Shown here one piece after another: positions 60,988 through 64,000 of a stretch of 64,000 nt of DNA (position 1 is its first letter; the number at the start of each line of letters is the position of its first letter). The notes below the pieces were generated by a model that searched no databases, was not told the DNA's origin, and worked only from the letters and a program-made list of their open reading frames with translations. The stretch comes from Mollicutes bacterium (GTDB lineage: Bacteria; Bacillota_I; Bacilli_A; RF39; UBA660): positions 16,014 through 80,013 of the forward strand of contig DUQO01000018.1 in the NCBI GenBank assembly GCA_012837765.1. The letters are read 5' to 3'. Made by a program: the position numbers and the translations under genes.

Positions 60988-61683
60988 ATGGAACTTATTA
61001 GAATTAGAGGAGTAGAAAAACAGTACAAAAATGGTGTAACTGCTTTATGCAATCTTAATTTGAGTATAAAAAAGGGAGACTTTGTTTTTGTAATAGGGGC
61101 ATCAGGTTCCGGAAAATCAACATTAATAAAATTGTTACACCGTGAAGAAAGACCAAATAAGGGACAAATAATCATAGGTGGAATAGATGTTGCTAAACTC
61201 AAAAATGGAAAGGTATATAAATTAAGACGTAAGCTTGGTGTAGTGTTTCAAGATTTTAAACTCTTACCCCGCTTAACTGTTTTTGAAAATGTTGCTTTTG
61301 CTCTTGAAATCTTTGGTTTACCAAAAGATGAGATTAGAGATAAAACAATAAAAGCTTTAGAATTAGTAGGCTTGAAAAACAAGGCAAAACAATTTCCAAA
61401 TCAATTATCTGGCGGTGAACAGCAAAGAGTTGCAATTGCAAGAGCAATTGTTAACGGACCAAAATTGTTATTATGTGATGAACCGACAGGTAATCTAGAT
61501 CCTGATACAAGCTTCGGCATAATGAAAGTCTTAGAGGTAATAAATAATATGGGGACAACAGTAGTTATGGCCACACATGATAAAGAAATTGTTGATAGAA
61601 TGAAAAAAAGAGTAATTCTTCTAGATGAAGGAAAATTAATAAAAGATTATGCGAAAGGAACTTACAGTAATGAGGTTGCTTAG
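60988..61683 (+). CDS. ftsE: Cell division ATP-binding protein FtsE
   Basis: Walker A GASGSGKST, LSGGEQQR signature, 231 aa. Confidence 0.9.
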   Translation: MELIRIRGVEKQYKNGVTALCNLNLSIKKGDFVFVIGASGSGKSTLIKLLHREERPNKGQIIIGGIDVAKLKNGKVYKLRRKLGVVFQDFKLLPRLTVFENVAFALEIFGLPKDEIRDKTIKALELVGLKNKAKQFPNQLSGGEQQRVAIARAIVNGPKLLLCDEPTGNLDPDTSFGIMKVLEVINNMGTTVVMATHDKEIVDRMKKRVILLDEGKLIKDYAKGTYSNEVA

Positions 61684-62569
61684 AATGATAGGAAGAGACA
61701 TCAGAGATGCCATAAAGAGTGTCTTCCGTAATTTCAGTTTAAGTATGGCATCAATTTCTTGTATATCTATTACATTAATCTTAGTAGGTTTAGCAATTTT
61801 ATCTTCGTATAATGTAGATCATTTTACAAAATTAATAGAACAAGATTTTTCAGTGTTCGTATATCTTGATAAAGATATCACAGATGAAGAAATAGCAATA
61901 GTGGAAGAAGAACTTAAGAAAAACAACAATATTGTACAATATGATTTTGACAGTAAAGAAGAAATAGCACAATCTATGATGGAAACATCAGATGTTCTTA
62001 GGAACATAATGGAAAAGTGGGAAGAAGATGAAAATCCGCTTAATGATGTTTTTAGATTAAAATTAAAAGATATAAGGGAAGTAAAAACAACAGCCCAAAA
62101 ACTTGAAAAAATGGATAATGTTTCATTAGTTGATTATGGTGAAAAAATTGTTAATAATTTTATAATTGCTTTTGATGTAATTGAAAAAATACTAATAATA
62201 GTTGTCTTATTATTTATTGTGGTTACAGCATTTTTAATAGCAAATACGATAAAACTAGCTATTTTCTCAAGAAGAAGGGAAATAGAAATAATGAGATTAG
62301 TTGGAGCATCAAATTTTAATATTGAGCTACCATTTATAGTTGAAGGTTTAATTCTTGGCATATTTGGGTCAATAATACCAATAATAATTGTGATATATGG
62401 TTATTTTTCATTTTATATAAAATATGATGGACAATTTTTCTCGCCATTTATGAGATTAGTTGTACCAGAGCCATTTGTTTATATTGTATCTCTTATCCTT
62501 GTATCAATAGGTATCATTGTTGGTATGATGGGAAGTTTAAGAGCTGTTCGTAAGTATTTAAAAATATAG
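61649..62569 (+). CDS. ftsX: Cell division permease FtsX
   Basis: 4-TM FtsX topology with a large first extracytoplasmic loop; follows ftsE. Confidence 0.8.
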   Translation: MRKELTVMRLLRMIGRDIRDAIKSVFRNFSLSMASISCISITLILVGLAILSSYNVDHFTKLIEQDFSVFVYLDKDITDEEIAIVEEELKKNNNIVQYDFDSKEEIAQSMMETSDVLRNIMEKWEEDENPLNDVFRLKLKDIREVKTTAQKLEKMDNVSLVDYGEKIVNNFIIAFDVIEKILIIVVLLFIVVTAFLIANTIKLAIFSRRREIEIMRLVGASNFNIELPFIVEGLILGIFGSIIPIIIVIYGYFSFYIKYDGQFFSPFMRLVVPEPFVYIVSLILVSIGIIVGMMGSLRAVRKYLKI

Positions 62570-62575
62570 AAAGGG

Positions 62576-63274
62576 TTGGATAATATGAATCAAGGCAATA
62601 ACTTTAATTTTGGAATTGGTGAAAGTGGAAATGACGCAAGTACATATCAAAGTTATTATAGACATCAACCAAATAAAAGTAATCCACTTTTAATAATTAT
62701 AGTAATTTTAATAATTCTAATAATTCTTGGCATGCTTTGGTTCTCTGGTTTTTTCACACCTCTAGATAGGCAAGCAGAATACAAAAAACTATATAATAGA
62801 GTTTGTTCTGCTTCAATTACTTATGCCGAAGATCATAATAAAAAAGATAAAAATAATCCTGGAAAAATAATATATCTTACAGTAGGACAGTTAGCATCTG
62901 CCAATTTAGTAGAAGCAAATTTAGTGAATTATCTTAATAATGAGCCAATTCCTTTAAGTACTTATATAAGATTAGAAGTTTTACCTAGTGGTACTTTCAA
63001 ATGCTATGGGTTTGTTGATAAAAGTGAAGATAAAGAAAGACCTGTTATTACACTATTGGGAGAATCAACAATACATAGTAAAGTTGGAGAAACGGTTACA
63101 GATCCAGGTGCAACAGCTCTAGATAATAAGGATGGCGATATAACAGAAAAAATTAAAAGAAGTGGGAATGTTAATATAAACATCCCAGGAACATATAGGG
63201 TTTATTATACTGTAAGTGATATATCTGGTAATATTTCAAAAACCGTTGTAAGAACATACATTATTGGATATTAG
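62576..63274 (+). CDS. Type II membrane protein with C-terminal DUF5011 Ig-like domain
   Basis: TM segment LLIIIVILIILIILGMLWFSGFF. RPVITLLGEST...GATALDNKDGDIT...PGTYRVYYTVSDISGN parallels the domain in the 34896-37436 protein. Confidence 0.5.
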   Translation: MDNMNQGNNFNFGIGESGNDASTYQSYYRHQPNKSNPLLIIIVILIILIILGMLWFSGFFTPLDRQAEYKKLYNRVCSASITYAEDHNKKDKNNPGKIIYLTVGQLASANLVEANLVNYLNNEPIPLSTYIRLEVLPSGTFKCYGFVDKSEDKERPVITLLGESTIHSKVGETVTDPGATALDNKDGDITEKIKRSGNVNINIPGTYRVYYTVSDISGNISKTVVRTYIIGY

Positions 63275-63282
63275 AAATAAAA

Positions 63283-63312
63283 ATAAGAAACATAGCATTT
63301 CTTATTTTTTTA
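63283..63312 (+). terminator. Terminator after the DUF5011 gene
   Basis: ATAAGAAA-catagca-TTTCTTAT followed by a T-run. Confidence 0.55.
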
Positions 63313-63448
63313 TCATTTTTTGATGAAATGTAGTATGAATTAGATTGCTCATGTAAAAAACATGTTATTAGTGTATAATAATAACGTGCATTATCAGTTG
63401 ACACGAACTTTTGTTTGATATATAATTAAAATACTTTGGGGTGATGAA

Positions 63449-64000
63449 ATGTCATTTAAACTTGTTTCTAAATATAAACCAAGTGGAGATCAACCTAATG
63501 CTATTAAAGAATTGGTTAAAGGCATTAAGGAAGGTAAAAAACATCAGGTTTTGTTAGGAGCTACTGGTACAGGAAAAACATTTACAATTTCAAATGTAAT
63601 AGCAGCTGTTAACAAACCTGTTTTAGTGCTTGCTCATAACAAAACACTAGCAGGGCAATTATATAGTGAATTTAAAGAACTATTTCCGAATAATAGGGTT
63701 GAATATTTTGTCTCATATTATGATTATTATCAACCAGAAGCTTATGTTCCTTCAACTGATACTTATATTGAAAAAGACGCTTCCATAAATGATGAAATAG
63801 ACGAATTACGACATTCTGCCACTTCAGCTTTACTTAGTCGAAAAGATGTGATTGTTGTCGCTTCTGTTTCATGTATTTATGGTATTGGAGAAGTCGAAGA
63901 TTACAAAAATAAAATGTTAATATTAAGTATTGGAGATAAAGTAGAAAGAAATGCTGTACTGAAAAAACTAGTCGAAATGTTGTATGAAAGAAATAATTTT
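63449..64000 (+). CDS. uvrB: Excinuclease ABC subunit B, N-terminal part (continues past window)
   Basis: My translation [26 protein letters not shown]...[10 protein letters not shown]...[14 protein letters not shown]. Open-ended, so absent from the ORF track. Confidence 0.9.
   Translation, partial: MSFKLVSKYKPSGDQPNAIKELVKGIKEGKKHQVLLGATGTGKTFTISNVIAAVNKPVLVLAHNKTLAGQLYSEFKELFPNNRVEYFVSYYDYYQPEAYVPSTDTYIEKDASINDEIDELRHSATSALLSRKDVIVVASVSCIYGIGEVEDYKNKMLILSIGDKVERNAVLKKLVEMLYERNNF

Overview
This is a strongly AT-rich chromosomal segment (standard genetic code) from a low-GC Firmicute. It spans the replication origin, and the organism is an endospore former, because spoVT, spoIIR, a bofA-like gene and a spoIID-spoIIQ-spoIIID-mbl cluster are present. 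oriC is bipartite around dnaA: clusters of TTATCAACA DnaA boxes lie at 38.63-38.74 kb and 40.14-40.51 kb. Almost every gene left of oriC is on the minus strand and almost every gene right of it is on the plus strand, which fits divergent replication. Left arm, all minus strand unless noted: metG (partial) and dut behind a T-box leader; spoVT-mfd-pth; a yabB-like methyltransferase; ricT; holB; a bofA-like gene; recR-ybaB-dnaX-tadA with a small SRP RNA gene; gyrA-gyrB-recF-mnmE; rpmE; a GDSL hydrolase; murA; fba; a DUF204 membrane protein; spoIIR; prmC-prfA; rpoE; argS with a DUF1934 gene; a class A PBP (plus strand); an orphan parB with rsmG and mnmG; a large prepilin-like gene (prepilin N-terminus, DUF5011, FGE-sulfatase-like domain) with its own promoter; dnaN-dnaA. 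Right arm, all plus strand unless noted: rpmH-rnpA-yidC-jag; rpiB; spoIID-spoIIQ-spoIIID-mbl; tagO; an agr-like quorum-sensing locus (LytTR regulator plus kinase, convergent with agrD-agrB on the minus strand); cspA; hpf; secA; a repeat-rich insertion between secA and prfB (XRE-HTH membrane regulator, rhodanese-like and DsbA-like lipoproteins, small peptide genes); prfB with the programmed +1 frameshift site; two yitT paralogues; ftsEX; a DUF5011 membrane protein; uvrB (partial). No CRISPR arrays, transposases or integrases were seen.
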